From Candidatus Tayloriibacteriota bacterium (GTDB lineage: Bacteria; Patescibacteriota; Minisyncoccia; Phycocordibacterales; CAIRYW01): DNA of 64,000 bases. Below, one piece after another: positions 29,274 to 39,694 of this stretch (its first letter is position 1; every line of letters starts with the position of its first letter). The stretch spans positions 18,241-82,240 of the forward strand of contig JAQBQZ010000002.1 in NCBI GenBank assembly GCA_028286725.1, in the 5' to 3' direction. Under the pieces are notes generated by a model. It saw only the letters and a list, made by a program, of their open reading frames with translations, had not been told where the DNA came from and searched no databases. A program made the position numbers and the translations under genes.

Positions 29274-32200
29274 ATGCCTAAAACACATAGTGAAGGTGCT
29301 GTATCGCAAAAGTTGGGCCTCTCTGCCAACACGAAGAATAAGAAGTATTTTAAAAATTTTAAGGAACCCTTGGCACCTTTACCAAACTTGGTGGAAGGTC
29401 AGGTCAACTCATATAAATGGGTGATCGAAAAAGGGCTCGCTGAAGTATTCAATGAATTCCAAAATATTGCCGACTACTCAGGCAAGAAGTTTGAATTCTC
29501 ATTTGGTAAGTTTGAAATTGGAACTCCAAAGATCGACGAACGGTTTGCAAAAGAAAACAAAATAAACTACGAAGCGCCGCTTAAGATCTTTGTTAAACTA
29601 AAGAACAAAGTATTTGGAGGTGAAAAAGAGCAGGAGATTTTCCTTGCTGATTTTCCTGTTATGACACAAAGAGGAACATTTATCGTAAATGGTATCGAGA
29701 GAGTTATTGTTCCACAGCTCGCACGATCTTTCGGAGTATTCTTTACATCATCTGAGACAAAATCTCAGAATTTTTACGGTGCAAAGATCATTCCAGCACG
29801 AGGTGTATGGGTTGAGATCGAAACAGAATCAGACGGCGCTATCTTTGTTCGAATCGATCGAAAAAGAAAGTTCCCGATCTCATCACTCCTTCGAGTATTC
29901 GGTGCAAAGACAGATGAGTCTATTGTTGAGCTTTTCAAAAATGCTCCAGAGACAAAGAAATTCATCGACGCGACTTTGGCAAAGGATCACGCAAAAACTC
30001 TTGATGAAGCTTCAATGGAAATTCACAAGCGACTTCGAGATGGTGAAATGGCGACAGCAGAGAACGCGCGAGAATTTGTAGTAGGACTTTTCAGTGAAGA
30101 GCGATACGACCTTTCTCGAGTTGGACGACACCGATTCAACAAGCGATTTGAAAAGCCAATGGATGAAAAGTCTCTTACTCGAAAGACTGTTTCTCTTGAT
30201 GACGTGGTAACAATAATCAATCATCTCGCATTCCTCAATAACAACCCTACAGAAAACGCAGATGATATCGACCACCTCGGTTCTAGACGAGTGCGATTTA
30301 TGGGTGAGCTCCTTCAGCAAAAGATCCGTGTTGGTATGGCTCAGATCAAGAAGAACATTCAAAACCGAATGTCTACTATTGATACTGATACGACACTTCC
30401 AATCAGTCTTATTTCACCTCGACCACTTCAGGCTCGAATCAAAGAATTCTTCAACACAAACCAGCTTTCACAGTTTATGCAGCAGGAAAACGTGCTTACA
30501 GAACTCGAACACTTGAGAACTGTTTCTGCCCTTGGTCCTGGAGGTCTTACACGAGAACGAGCTTCATTTGAAGTTCGAGACGTGCACCCATCTCACTATG
30601 GAAGAATCTGTCCTATCCACACACCAGAAGGTCAAAACATTGGTCTCGTGCTTCACCTTGCTTCATACGCTCGAGTGAATGAATTCGGAATGATCGAAGC
30701 TCCATATGCAAAAGTAAAGAATGGAAAGGTTACAAAAGAGATCGTATATATGAATGCTCTTGAAGAAGAAGGGTTCATTATTGCTCACGCGGCAACACCG
30801 ACTGACAAAGACGGTAATCTTCTCGAAGAAAATCTTGAAGTTCGAATCAAAGGTAAGCCGGCGCTTGTGGACAAAAATACAGTAGAACTCATCGACGTTG
30901 CGACAAACGAAGCGTTCTCTATTGCGACATCAATGATTCCGTTCCTAAACCATGATGAAGCAAACCGATCTTTGATGGCATCGAACATGCAGAAGCAAGC
31001 TACTCCTTGTGTTATCCCAGAAGCTCCGCTTGTAGCAACAGGTGTTGAAGAAAAAGCTGCAAAAGATACAGGACGAGTGATTGTTGCGCCAGAAGATGGA
31101 GTGATCTCACACGTAGATGCAAAACTCATTAAGATAAAGAATGCAAAAGGAAAAGAAATTGAATTTATTCTTTCTCAGTTTGAAAGAACAAACCAGTTTA
31201 CAGCTTTCCATCAGCGACCACAGGTTCGCCTCGGAGACAAAGTCTCAAAGGGTGACGTGCTTGCGGATGCATCAACTACAGTAGATGGAGAAATGGCGAT
31301 CGGACAAAACGTTCGAGTAGCGTTCATGACATGGTCAGGACAAAACTACGAAGATGCGATCGTACTTTCAGAAAGACTCGTTAAAGACAGTAAGTTTACA
31401 TCGATCCACATCGAAGAATTCATCGTCAATGTTCGAGATACTAAACTTGGGCCCGAAGTAACAACTCCGGACATACCAAACGTAGGTGAGAACAAGCTCA
31501 AGAACTTGGATGAAGAAGGAATTGTACGAATCGGTGCAGAAGTTCGACCTGGAGATATTCTCGTAGGAAAGATCACACCAAAGGGAGAAACTCAGCTTAC
31601 TCCAGAAGAAAGACTTCTTCGATCAATCTTCGGTGAAAAATCTCGAGATGTAAAAGATTCTTCAAAGAGAATGGAAAACGGAAAGCGAGGACGAATCATC
31701 AACATCAAAGTATTCTCAAGAGAGAAAGGAGACAAACTTGAAAGTGGAATCATCAAGCGAATTCACATTGAAGTAGCACAGCTTCGAAACGTATCAGTTG
31801 GAGACAAGCTTGCTGGACGACATGGAAACAAAGGAGTTATTTCAATCGTGCTTCCTGAAGAAGATATGCCTTATGACAAGGATGGAGTGCCAGTAGATAT
31901 GGTGTTGACACCTCTTGGTGTACCAAGCCGAATGAACCTCGGACAGATCCTCGAGATCCACCTTGGTATGGCTGCAAAAGGCCTCAACTATCAGGCTATT
32001 GTTCCACCATTTATCGGTGCGACAGATACTGAGATCAAAGAAGAGCTTGTAAAATCTGGAGTTCCTGCTGACGGTAAGGTCACACTCTTTGATGGACGAA
32101 CTGGAGAAGAATTCAAACAAAAAATTGCGATCGGATATATGTATATCTTGAAGCTGCACCACATGGTGGAGGACAAGATCCACATGAGATCAATTGGGCC

Positions 32201-32510
32201 CTACTCTCTTATCACTCAGCAGCCACTTGGAGGTAAAGCTCAAGGTGGAGGACAGAGATTCGGAGAAATGGAAGTGTGGGCGCTCCTCGGTCACGGTGCA
32301 GCCTACATGCTCCGAGAGATGCTCACTGTTAAGTCAGATGATATTGTCGGACGAAGCGCAACTTTTGATGCGATCGTACGAGGAGAGCGAATCGAACAAA
32401 GTAATTCACCAGCATCATTCAACGTACTCTTGGCAAACCTCAGAGGACTCGGACTTGATGTTTCACTTCAAAGGTCGGAAGATGAAAACAATGGAGAAGC
32501 AAATAAGTAA
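29274..32510 (+). CDS. rpoB: DNA-directed RNA polymerase beta subunit
   Basis: 1078 aa with the full set of conserved beta-subunit regions (for example ISSLLRVFG, GRHGNKGVIS, FGEMEVWALLGHGAAYMLREMLTVKSDD). Confidence 0.95.
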   Translation: MPKTHSEGAVSQKLGLSANTKNKKYFKNFKEPLAPLPNLVEGQVNSYKWVIEKGLAEVFNEFQNIADYSGKKFEFSFGKFEIGTPKIDERFAKENKINYEAPLKIFVKLKNKVFGGEKEQEIFLADFPVMTQRGTFIVNGIERVIVPQLARSFGVFFTSSETKSQNFYGAKIIPARGVWVEIETESDGAIFVRIDRKRKFPISSLLRVFGAKTDESIVELFKNAPETKKFIDATLAKDHAKTLDEASMEIHKRLRDGEMATAENAREFVVGLFSEERYDLSRVGRHRFNKRFEKPMDEKSLTRKTVSLDDVVTIINHLAFLNNNPTENADDIDHLGSRRVRFMGELLQQKIRVGMAQIKKNIQNRMSTIDTDTTLPISLISPRPLQARIKEFFNTNQLSQFMQQENVLTELEHLRTVSALGPGGLTRERASFEVRDVHPSHYGRICPIHTPEGQNIGLVLHLASYARVNEFGMIEAPYAKVKNGKVTKEIVYMNALEEEGFIIAHAATPTDKDGNLLEENLEVRIKGKPALVDKNTVELIDVATNEAFSIATSMIPFLNHDEANRSLMASNMQKQATPCVIPEAPLVATGVEEKAAKDTGRVIVAPEDGVISHVDAKLIKIKNAKGKEIEFILSQFERTNQFTAFHQRPQVRLGDKVSKGDVLADASTTVDGEMAIGQNVRVAFMTWSGQNYEDAIVLSERLVKDSKFTSIHIEEFIVNVRDTKLGPEVTTPDIPNVGENKLKNLDEEGIVRIGAEVRPGDILVGKITPKGETQLTPEERLLRSIFGEKSRDVKDSSKRMENGKRGRIINIKVFSREKGDKLESGIIKRIHIEVAQLRNVSVGDKLAGRHGNKGVISIVLPEEDMPYDKDGVPVDMVLTPLGVPSRMNLGQILEIHLGMAAKGLNYQAIVPPFIGATDTEIKEELVKSGVPADGKVTLFDGRTGEEFKQKIAIGYMYILKLHHMVEDKIHMRSIGPYSLITQQPLGGKAQGGGQRFGEMEVWALLGHGAAYMLREMLTVKSDDIVGRSATFDAIVRGERIEQSNSPASFNVLLANLRGLGLDVSLQRSEDENNGEANK

Positions 32511-32536
32511 TAATTATTAATTATATAAAAACTACT

Positions 32537-35500
32537 ATGATAAAAAGAAAAGAATCAAAAAAGTTTGACTACATTGCTCTCCAGGTAGCATCTCCGGAAA
32601 GAATTCGAGAATGGTCTTTTGGTGAAGTTACAAAGCCAGAGACAATGAACTACCGAACACAGCGATCAGAAAAAGCTGGGCTCTTTGATGAGAAGATCTT
32701 CGGGCCAGATCGAGACTATGAATGTTACTGTGGAAAATACAAAGGAATTCGATACAAAGGAATTGTTTGTGAAAAATGTGGAGTGGAAATCACACGGTCA
32801 ATCGTACGACGAGAGCGAATGGGACACATTGAACTTTCAACTCCTGTTGCACACATCTGGTTTCTCCGAAATATTCCTTCAAGAATTTCTCTTGTTATGG
32901 GTATTCCATCTGCAGAAGTTGAGAAGGTTGTTTACTTTGCAGGATACCTCATTACAAAAGTAAATGAAGACGAAAAGGAGCGAGTACTTCGAGACTTGGA
33001 TTCAGAATTCAAAGCAAAAATAAAATCTGTTACTGATGACAAAACAAAAGATGCTATTAAAGATCTTCTTGTAACTACTAAAGTTGAGATCGACAGTATG
33101 AGAGTTGGAAAGGTTTTGGACGAAGTTCATTATCACAAATATGCGCTCAAATACGGAACAATCTTCGAAGCATCTATCGGTGCTGAAGCTGTTTATAATA
33201 TTTTCAAAAATCTTGATATCAAGAAGATTGTTGACGAGCTTGAAGTTCAGGTAGAAAAAGCAAATACTCAAGACAAAGAGAGAATCAACAAGAGACTCGC
33301 GGTTTTGAAGAACATGCTCGCATCAAATATTCGACCTGAATGGATGTTCATCACAGCTCTTCCTGTTATCCCAGCTGCACTCCGACCGATGGTGGCACTT
33401 GATGGTGGACGACACGCGACAACTGATGTGAACGACCTTTACCGACGTGTGATCAACCGAAATAATCGACTCAAAAAACTTAAAGAAATTCACGCGCCAG
33501 AAGTAATTCTCCGAAACGAAAAGCGAATTCTTCAGGAAGCGGTAGACGCACTTATCGACAGTTCACAGCGACATGGAAATGCGGCTTATGCTGGAGCAGG
33601 TGCGGCGTCACGACGAGTACTTAAATCTCTTTCAGATAACTTGAAGGGTAAAAGAGGGCTCTTCCGACAGAACCTTCTTGGAAAGCGAGTAGACTACTCA
33701 GGACGATCTGTAATCGTTGTTGGACCAGAACTTAATCTTGATCAGTGTGGTCTTCCAAAGAATATGGCTCTCGAAATGTTTAGACCTTTCGTTATTTCAG
33801 AAATTCTCAAACAAGAACTCGCATACAACATCCGAGGTGCGTCACGACTTATTGAAGAAGGAATTCCAGAAGTATGGGCGATTCTCGAAGATGTAATCAA
33901 AGAAAAGTATGTGCTTCTAAACCGAGCACCAACTCTACACCGACTTGGTATTCAGGCTTTCCGACCAGTTTTGATTGAAGGGTCAGCGATCCGAGTGCAT
34001 CCTCTCGTATGTACAGCGTTCAACGCCGACTTCGACGGAGATACAATGGCGGTTCATATTCCTCTTTCACTTGAAGCTCAGCTTGAAGCAAAGAACATCA
34101 TGGCTGCAGACAAAAACATCCTCAAGCCTGGATCAGGAAACCTTATTGCATCAGTAGACAAGCAGGATATTGTTCTTGGTTGTTTCTGGATGACACAAAT
34201 CGTAGAAGGTGAAAAAGGTGAAGGAAAACTTTTTGAATCATTCACTTCTGCAATCGCAGCACTCAACTTCGAAGAAATTGCATACCAGGCAAAGATTATT
34301 GTAATCGCACCAGAAGGTGAGAAGTACAAAGAGTATGCAGGGAAGCATTTTGAAACTACTGTTGGACGAATTCTCTTCAACGAGCTTCTTCCAGAAGACT
34401 ACCCATTCGTAAACAAAGAAACAGATAAAAAGACAATGGCGGGTGTGATGAATGACCTTATGATCCGATACGGAGTTGATAATCTCGCAAAGACACTCGA
34501 TAAGGTAAAGGCATTCGGATTCAAATATGTAACAACATCTGGTGTAACATTCGGTATTGATGACGTGAAGGTTCCAGAAGGAAAGAAAGCGGTTGTCGCA
34601 GAAGCGATGATAAGTTCTGGAGTGGTAAACGAACAGTATAACGAAGGTCTTCTTTCAGAAGATGAACGAGCTCGAAAGAATATCGAAATATGGCACGGAG
34701 TAAAGAGTAAGGTTGAAAAACTCGTTGTTGAAAATCTCGATAAAAAGGGATCAGTATACAGCATGCTTCGATCTGGAGCTCGAGGTTCTGCTGCTCAGAT
34801 TACACAGATGGCAGGTATGAAGGGTCTTATCCAAAATGCATCTGGAGAGACAATTGAGCTTCCGATTATGTCATCAACAAAAGAAGGATTTAACCCAATT
34901 GAATACTTCATTAACACTCACGGTTCACGAAAGGGACTTGCCGATACAGCTTTGAACACTGCGAAGGCTGGATACCTCACACGACGACTTTTCGTTGCGG
35001 CTCAGGATGTGCTTATCTCAGAAATTGATTGTGGAACAAAAGAAGGTATTACACTTCGAAAAGAAACTGCATCAGGTATCGAAGCTCCAATATCAAAGGG
35101 TATCAAAGGCAGAGTGCTCTTACTTGATATAAAAGATTCAACTGGCAATGTGTTATTTGAGAAGGGTCATCTTCTAACAGGTCTTGATGCTGAAAAAGTT
35201 GAGAAGGCAGGGGTAGAAGAAGTGATTGTACGATCACCTCTTACATGTAAAACACACGAAGGTATTTGTTCACTTTGTTACGGTATGGATCTCGGAAAGA
35301 ACAAGCAAGTTGATCTTGGTGAAGCGGTAGGAACTGTCGCAGCCCAGGCGATCGGTGAGCCAGGTACACAGCTTACAATGAGAACATTCCACGGAGGAGG
35401 TGCGGCGTCAGTTGGAGGAGACATCACTCAGGGTCTACCCCGAGTGGAAGAAGTTTTCGAAAAGCGACGACCAAAGACTCCTGCAATTGTGGCGTATGCT

Positions 35501-36202
35501 GATGGAGTGGTTACAGATATTCATGATGATGGAAAAGAAAAAATCATTACTGTCACGGCAGACCTTGGAGAAAAATCAAAATCTAAAAAAGAAAATGGTC
35601 AGTATACGGTCCCACGAATTCGAGTTCCTCTTGTAAAAGTGGGAGACATCGTAAAGAAGGGAGACATCATCACTGACGGTTCTGCAGATATCGACGAACT
35701 GTTCAAAAACGCGGGCAAGAATATTGCAGAAGACTACATTATTGGAGAAATCAAGAAACTTTACGAACTTCAAGGAGAGCCTGTTTCAAGAAAGCATATT
35801 GAAATCATTGTTCGACAGATGTTCTCAAGAATCAAGGTCAAATCTATTGGTAACACTGCACTTGTTGTTGGAGAAACTATCGAATATTCACAGCTTACAG
35901 AAGAAAATAACAAGGCTCGTGCAAATGGAGGTGAAATTGCCGCGGGTGAATCTGTAGTGCTTGGTATTTCAGATGTATCACAAACTCGAAACAGTTTCCT
36001 TTCTGCTGCATCATTCCAGTACACAACTCGAGTGCTTATCCAAGCATCTGTAGAAGGATCAAAAGATAGACTCAAAGGACTTATGGAGAATGTTATTCTT
36101 GGACGACTCATCCCAGCTGGATCAGGATTTGCAGGAAGTGAGAAAGCAAAGATGATCGAAGACTTGAAAGCAACATTTATTGACGAATCGTTCGTAGAAT
36201 AG
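32537..36202 (+). CDS. rpoC: DNA-directed RNA polymerase beta' subunit
   Basis: Zn-finger CxxC...CxxC near the N-terminus, NADFDGD catalytic motif, trigger-loop and bridge-helix regions. 1221 aa. Confidence 0.95.
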   Translation: MIKRKESKKFDYIALQVASPERIREWSFGEVTKPETMNYRTQRSEKAGLFDEKIFGPDRDYECYCGKYKGIRYKGIVCEKCGVEITRSIVRRERMGHIELSTPVAHIWFLRNIPSRISLVMGIPSAEVEKVVYFAGYLITKVNEDEKERVLRDLDSEFKAKIKSVTDDKTKDAIKDLLVTTKVEIDSMRVGKVLDEVHYHKYALKYGTIFEASIGAEAVYNIFKNLDIKKIVDELEVQVEKANTQDKERINKRLAVLKNMLASNIRPEWMFITALPVIPAALRPMVALDGGRHATTDVNDLYRRVINRNNRLKKLKEIHAPEVILRNEKRILQEAVDALIDSSQRHGNAAYAGAGAASRRVLKSLSDNLKGKRGLFRQNLLGKRVDYSGRSVIVVGPELNLDQCGLPKNMALEMFRPFVISEILKQELAYNIRGASRLIEEGIPEVWAILEDVIKEKYVLLNRAPTLHRLGIQAFRPVLIEGSAIRVHPLVCTAFNADFDGDTMAVHIPLSLEAQLEAKNIMAADKNILKPGSGNLIASVDKQDIVLGCFWMTQIVEGEKGEGKLFESFTSAIAALNFEEIAYQAKIIVIAPEGEKYKEYAGKHFETTVGRILFNELLPEDYPFVNKETDKKTMAGVMNDLMIRYGVDNLAKTLDKVKAFGFKYVTTSGVTFGIDDVKVPEGKKAVVAEAMISSGVVNEQYNEGLLSEDERARKNIEIWHGVKSKVEKLVVENLDKKGSVYSMLRSGARGSAAQITQMAGMKGLIQNASGETIELPIMSSTKEGFNPIEYFINTHGSRKGLADTALNTAKAGYLTRRLFVAAQDVLISEIDCGTKEGITLRKETASGIEAPISKGIKGRVLLLDIKDSTGNVLFEKGHLLTGLDAEKVEKAGVEEVIVRSPLTCKTHEGICSLCYGMDLGKNKQVDLGEAVGTVAAQAIGEPGTQLTMRTFHGGGAASVGGDITQGLPRVEEVFEKRRPKTPAIVAYADGVVTDIHDDGKEKIITVTADLGEKSKSKKENGQYTVPRIRVPLVKVGDIVKKGDIITDGSADIDELFKNAGKNIAEDYIIGEIKKLYELQGEPVSRKHIEIIVRQMFSRIKVKSIGNTALVVGETIEYSQLTEENNKARANGGEIAAGESVVLGISDVSQTRNSFLSAASFQYTTRVLIQASVEGSKDRLKGLMENVILGRLIPAGSGFAGSEKAKMIEDLKATFIDESFVE

Positions 36203-36210
36203 GCAAGGGT

Positions 36211-36249
36211 AAGGCAACGAAATTTTCTTTAAGAAAATTTCGTTGCCTT
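36211..36249 (+). other. Strong hairpin between rpoC and dnaG (possible attenuator/processing site)
   Basis: aaggcaacgaaattttctt-taa-gaaaattttcgttgcctt: 18-bp near-perfect stem, only a short T-stretch after it. Confidence 0.4.
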
Positions 36250-36295
36250 TGTAACCCAAGGGTTTTTGGATTTTTAATTTCTATTTTAAAGCCTA

Positions 36296-37981
36296 ATGTC
36301 CACAACTGTTCAAAAGATAAAAGAGCGACTCGGCATCATCGATGTCATAGCTTCTTATATCGATGTCGAAAAATCAGGAAGTAATTTTAAAGCAAAGTGT
36401 CCTTTCCATCATGAAAAGACGCCTTCTTTTTATATTTCTCCCGAAAGACAAAGCTACTATTGTTTTGGGTGTGCGGTCAAAGGCGACATATTCACATTCG
36501 TTCAAGAATTCGAAGGAGTAGATTTTGTCACATCGCTCAAGATGCTTGCCGATAGAGCGGGCGTCGTTATAGAAAAGTTCGAGAAAAACGAAGTGCAGAA
36601 TAATGCGAGTATTTACGATATCTTAGAAGAGACGACAAAATTCTTTCAAAATAATTTGAAGGACAACAACGAAGCGCTCATTTACATAAAAAAAAGAAAT
36701 CTTTCAATCGAAAGTCTTCGAACCTGGAGATTGGGCCTCGCTTTGAATGATTGGAGAAGTCTCAAAGAACATTTATCTCATTTAGGATTTTCAAACAAAG
36801 AAATGATGGATGCGGGCCTCATTAAAGAAAATGAAAAAGGCGAGAGTTATGATCGGTTCCGAGATCGAATTATGTTTCCAATTTTTGATACAGCGGGGAG
36901 AACAATTGCATTCACAGGAAGAATCATTCATCCAAAAGACGAAGAGGCGAAATATTTGAATAGTCCAGATACAGAGCTTTTTGATAAATCAAAAACACTT
37001 TATGGATACAATATTGCAAAAACAGCAATACGACTTAATCAATCAGTAATCCTTGTAGAAGGTCAGATGGATCTTTTGATGTCGCACCAAGCAGGTCTTA
37101 AGAACACTGTCGCATCATCAGGCACAGCGCTTACAACGCAACATCTTGAGATTCTTCGAAGACTGACCGATACTTTAATCATTGCATATGATGCAGATAA
37201 TGCAGGGCGAAGTGCCACTATTCGTGCGTGGAAGCTGGCGCTTGTTGCAGGATTTACGGTTAAGGTCGCGTTCTTGCCAGATGGACTTGATCCAGCTGAC
37301 GCAGTCGCAAAGGATGCAGAAATCTGGAAACTTGCAGTTAAAGATTCGCAAAACATCATTGATTATTTCCTCGAAAATATGAAAGGTGAGAACGATCGAT
37401 CTATTGCTGACAAAACTCTGAAAGAAAAGGTGCTGCCACTCGTCAAATCCATACAGAGTGCTATTGATCGGTCGCGATTTTTGCAGAAAGCAAGTTTCAT
37501 TTCCGGAGTATCTGAAGGGGCACTTATTGAAGAATTAAATAGAATCAAGGATGAAGATCTGGGAGCGCGAGAAATTCCGCTTCCAAATAAAAGCGCGCAC
37601 AGCAATATTCCAAGCGCGATAGGGTTTTATCTTTATCTTAAGACAAAGAATAGCCCTGAAGTGGATAATTTTAAAATAAAACTTTTGGAAATCGACAAGA
37701 ATTTTGAAGAAAGGATTCCAAAAGAAGAAAATGAAAAAGGAAAGATTTTGTTTGAGATGGAATTACAGTACGGAGAAGGTTCAAATCTTAAGGCTGTCAT
37801 GAATGAACTCCTCCGGCATTTTGAAGAAGAGACACTCAAAATTGATTTTGCAAAGACGATGGAAAATATGAAAAAACTTGAAGCTCTGAGGGACATAGAT
37901 GCTATAAACAAAGAGCTCGCTCGGACCAAAGAGATCTCACAGAAGCTATCGGGATTAGCAAAAAAATATGCATCAACATAA
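36296..37981 (+). CDS. dnaG: DNA primase
   Basis: CHC2 zinc finger (CPFHHEKTPSFYI...YYCFGCAVKGD), RNA-polymerase domain and TOPRIM (ILVEGQMDLL, IIAYDADNAGRSA). Confidence 0.85.
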   Translation: MSTTVQKIKERLGIIDVIASYIDVEKSGSNFKAKCPFHHEKTPSFYISPERQSYYCFGCAVKGDIFTFVQEFEGVDFVTSLKMLADRAGVVIEKFEKNEVQNNASIYDILEETTKFFQNNLKDNNEALIYIKKRNLSIESLRTWRLGLALNDWRSLKEHLSHLGFSNKEMMDAGLIKENEKGESYDRFRDRIMFPIFDTAGRTIAFTGRIIHPKDEEAKYLNSPDTELFDKSKTLYGYNIAKTAIRLNQSVILVEGQMDLLMSHQAGLKNTVASSGTALTTQHLEILRRLTDTLIIAYDADNAGRSATIRAWKLALVAGFTVKVAFLPDGLDPADAVAKDAEIWKLAVKDSQNIIDYFLENMKGENDRSIADKTLKEKVLPLVKSIQSAIDRSRFLQKASFISGVSEGALIEELNRIKDEDLGAREIPLPNKSAHSNIPSAIGFYLYLKTKNSPEVDNFKIKLLEIDKNFEERIPKEENEKGKILFEMELQYGEGSNLKAVMNELLRHFEEETLKIDFAKTMENMKKLEALRDIDAINKELARTKEISQKLSGLAKKYAST

Positions 37982-38018
37982 TTTTAATAAATAATTTAGT
38001 AATTAAATAATTAATAAT

Positions 38019-39266
38019 ATGAAAAAGAAGCCAATTAAAAAAGTGTCAAAACCAAAAACAAAAAAACCGATCAAAAAGGCAGTTAAAAAAGCAGTTGTAA
38101 AGAAAGTAGCAAAGAAGCCTATGAAGAAGGTGGTCTCAAAGAAACCTACGAAAGCGGTAGCTCCTAAAGCTCCATCAAAAAACGCGGTTGCCAAGAAAGA
38201 GGATTTGAACAAAAAGCTCGACCTGCTTCTCGCAAAGGGACGAACGCGAGGATTCGTGACGTATGATGATATTTTGAAAGATTTCCCAAACATTGAGGAT
38301 GATGTCTCATTCCTCGACACGATCTATGAAAAGTTCAGTACTTCTGGAGTTGATATTCTCGAAGGAGGAGGGCTTCTTGAAGTTCATAATGATGAGGCTG
38401 ATTTTCTTAAAAAATATGCAGGAGGCAAAGGGGAAGGACACGATTCAATTCAGATGTATTTGAAAGAAATTGGTCAATATCCTCTCATTCACGCAGGTGA
38501 AGAAAAAGGACTTGCTCAAAGAATTCAACAAGGTGATGAAGAGGCGAAGAACCTTCTCGCAAAGGCGAACCTTCGACTTGTGGTATCTATTGCAAAGAAA
38601 TATGTTGGACGGTCAGCAGACCTTACACTCCTTGACCTTATTCAGGAAGGAAATCTCGGTCTCTTTAAGGCGGTAGACAAATTCGACTGGACTAAAGGAT
38701 ACAAATTTTCAACATATGCGACTTGGTGGATCAGACAGTCAATCACTCGAGCACTCGCAGACCAATCTCGAACAATACGAGTGCCGGTACACATGGTAGA
38801 AACAATCGCAAAATACAAGCAGGTGGTACGACGACTCTCACAAGACCTTGGACGAGACCCGATGCCTGACGAGATCGCAGTTGAGATGGGGCTTGATGTA
38901 GACAAGGTGTACCAGATCGAGAAGATCGATCAGGCAACAGTATCGCTCGACACTCCTGTAGGAGATGATGGAGATGACAAGACTACATTCGGAGACTTTA
39001 TCGCAGATGAAAAGATCCCTTCTCCTGATCAAGATACTTCACAAAAAATTCTTGGAGACCAAGTGCGAGAAATTTTGAATGATCTCTCAGAAAAGGAACG
39101 AAGAATTCTCGAAATGCGACATGGACTTATGGATGGTATCCAGCACACACTCGAAGAAGTAGGGAAGACATTCGGAGTGACTCGAGAACGAATCCGACAG
39201 ATCGAGGCGAAGGCACTTGATAAGATAAGAGGGCATGAGAAGGTTTCGAGACTAAGAAACTACTAG
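38019..39266 (+). CDS. rpoD: RNA polymerase primary sigma factor (sigma-70 family) with basic KKP-rich N-terminal tail
   Basis: Regions 1.2, 2, 3 and 4 are present (for example [55 protein letters not shown]). The first roughly 60 aa are [22 protein letters not shown]... Confidence 0.9.
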   Translation: MKKKPIKKVSKPKTKKPIKKAVKKAVVKKVAKKPMKKVVSKKPTKAVAPKAPSKNAVAKKEDLNKKLDLLLAKGRTRGFVTYDDILKDFPNIEDDVSFLDTIYEKFSTSGVDILEGGGLLEVHNDEADFLKKYAGGKGEGHDSIQMYLKEIGQYPLIHAGEEKGLAQRIQQGDEEAKNLLAKANLRLVVSIAKKYVGRSADLTLLDLIQEGNLGLFKAVDKFDWTKGYKFSTYATWWIRQSITRALADQSRTIRVPVHMVETIAKYKQVVRRLSQDLGRDPMPDEIAVEMGLDVDKVYQIEKIDQATVSLDTPVGDDGDDKTTFGDFIADEKIPSPDQDTSQKILGDQVREILNDLSEKERRILEMRHGLMDGIQHTLEEVGKTFGVTRERIRQIEAKALDKIRGHEKVSRLRNY

Positions 39267-39287
39267 ATAAGTAATAAATAATGAGTA

Positions 39288-39315
39288 ATAGTATGGTGCC
39301 TTTGGGCGCCATACT
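39288..39315 (+). terminator. Rho-independent terminator after rpoD
   Basis: agtatggtgcc-tttg-ggcgccatact followed by attttat. Confidence 0.5.
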
Positions 39316-39328
39316 ATTTTATATATAC

Positions 39329-39357
39329 TTGACTTTTCAGTAAAATAATGTTATTAT
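39329..39357 (+). promoter_or_regulatory. Sigma-70-type promoter for the small TM ORF / helicase-nuclease unit
   Basis: TTGACT - 17 nt - TATTAT. Confidence 0.45.
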
Positions 39358-39452
39358 ATTACAGATAAGCTCATTGTCATGGTTAGTGATTACTATTGCT
39401 TTAAGGATGTAGAAAGCTTGTATTTTTGAAGCAATAGTAAATCCGAATTATC

Positions 39453-39596
39453 ATGAAAAAAAACAAAAAGAAAGTCCCAATGTGGCATTCACTGATCGCT
39501 CTCATCCTTTACTTGGCAGTAGCAGGTACTGCCTGGGCCACATTCAAGGGGGTCCAGTATGAGATGAAGAAAAATGGTAGTAAGACTACCCGGTGA
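39453..39596 (+). CDS. Mini membrane protein (47 aa, single TM)
   Basis: ATG 39453 to TGA 39594-39596: MKKNKKKVPMWHSLIALILYLAVAGTAWATFKGVQYEMKKNGSKTTR. It is followed by a hairpin (cagcatcgc-ccataaa-gcgatgctg) plus T-stretch and has a promoter about 95 nt upstream. Below the 60-aa cut-off of the ORF track. Confidence 0.4.
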   Translation: MKKNKKKVPMWHSLIALILYLAVAGTAWATFKGVQYEMKKNGSKTTR

Positions 39597-39694
39597 AGCC
39601 CGAACGCTTCAACAGCATCGCCCATAAAGCGATGCTGAAACTTTTTAAACCTCACTCAGTTTTTATATATCTGTACTCCTGGTATAATTCCAGT

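Noticed and set aside
29689-36111. Short ORFs within and antisense to rpoB/rpoC
   Set aside because: They are embedded in highly conserved RNAP genes and have no independent signals.
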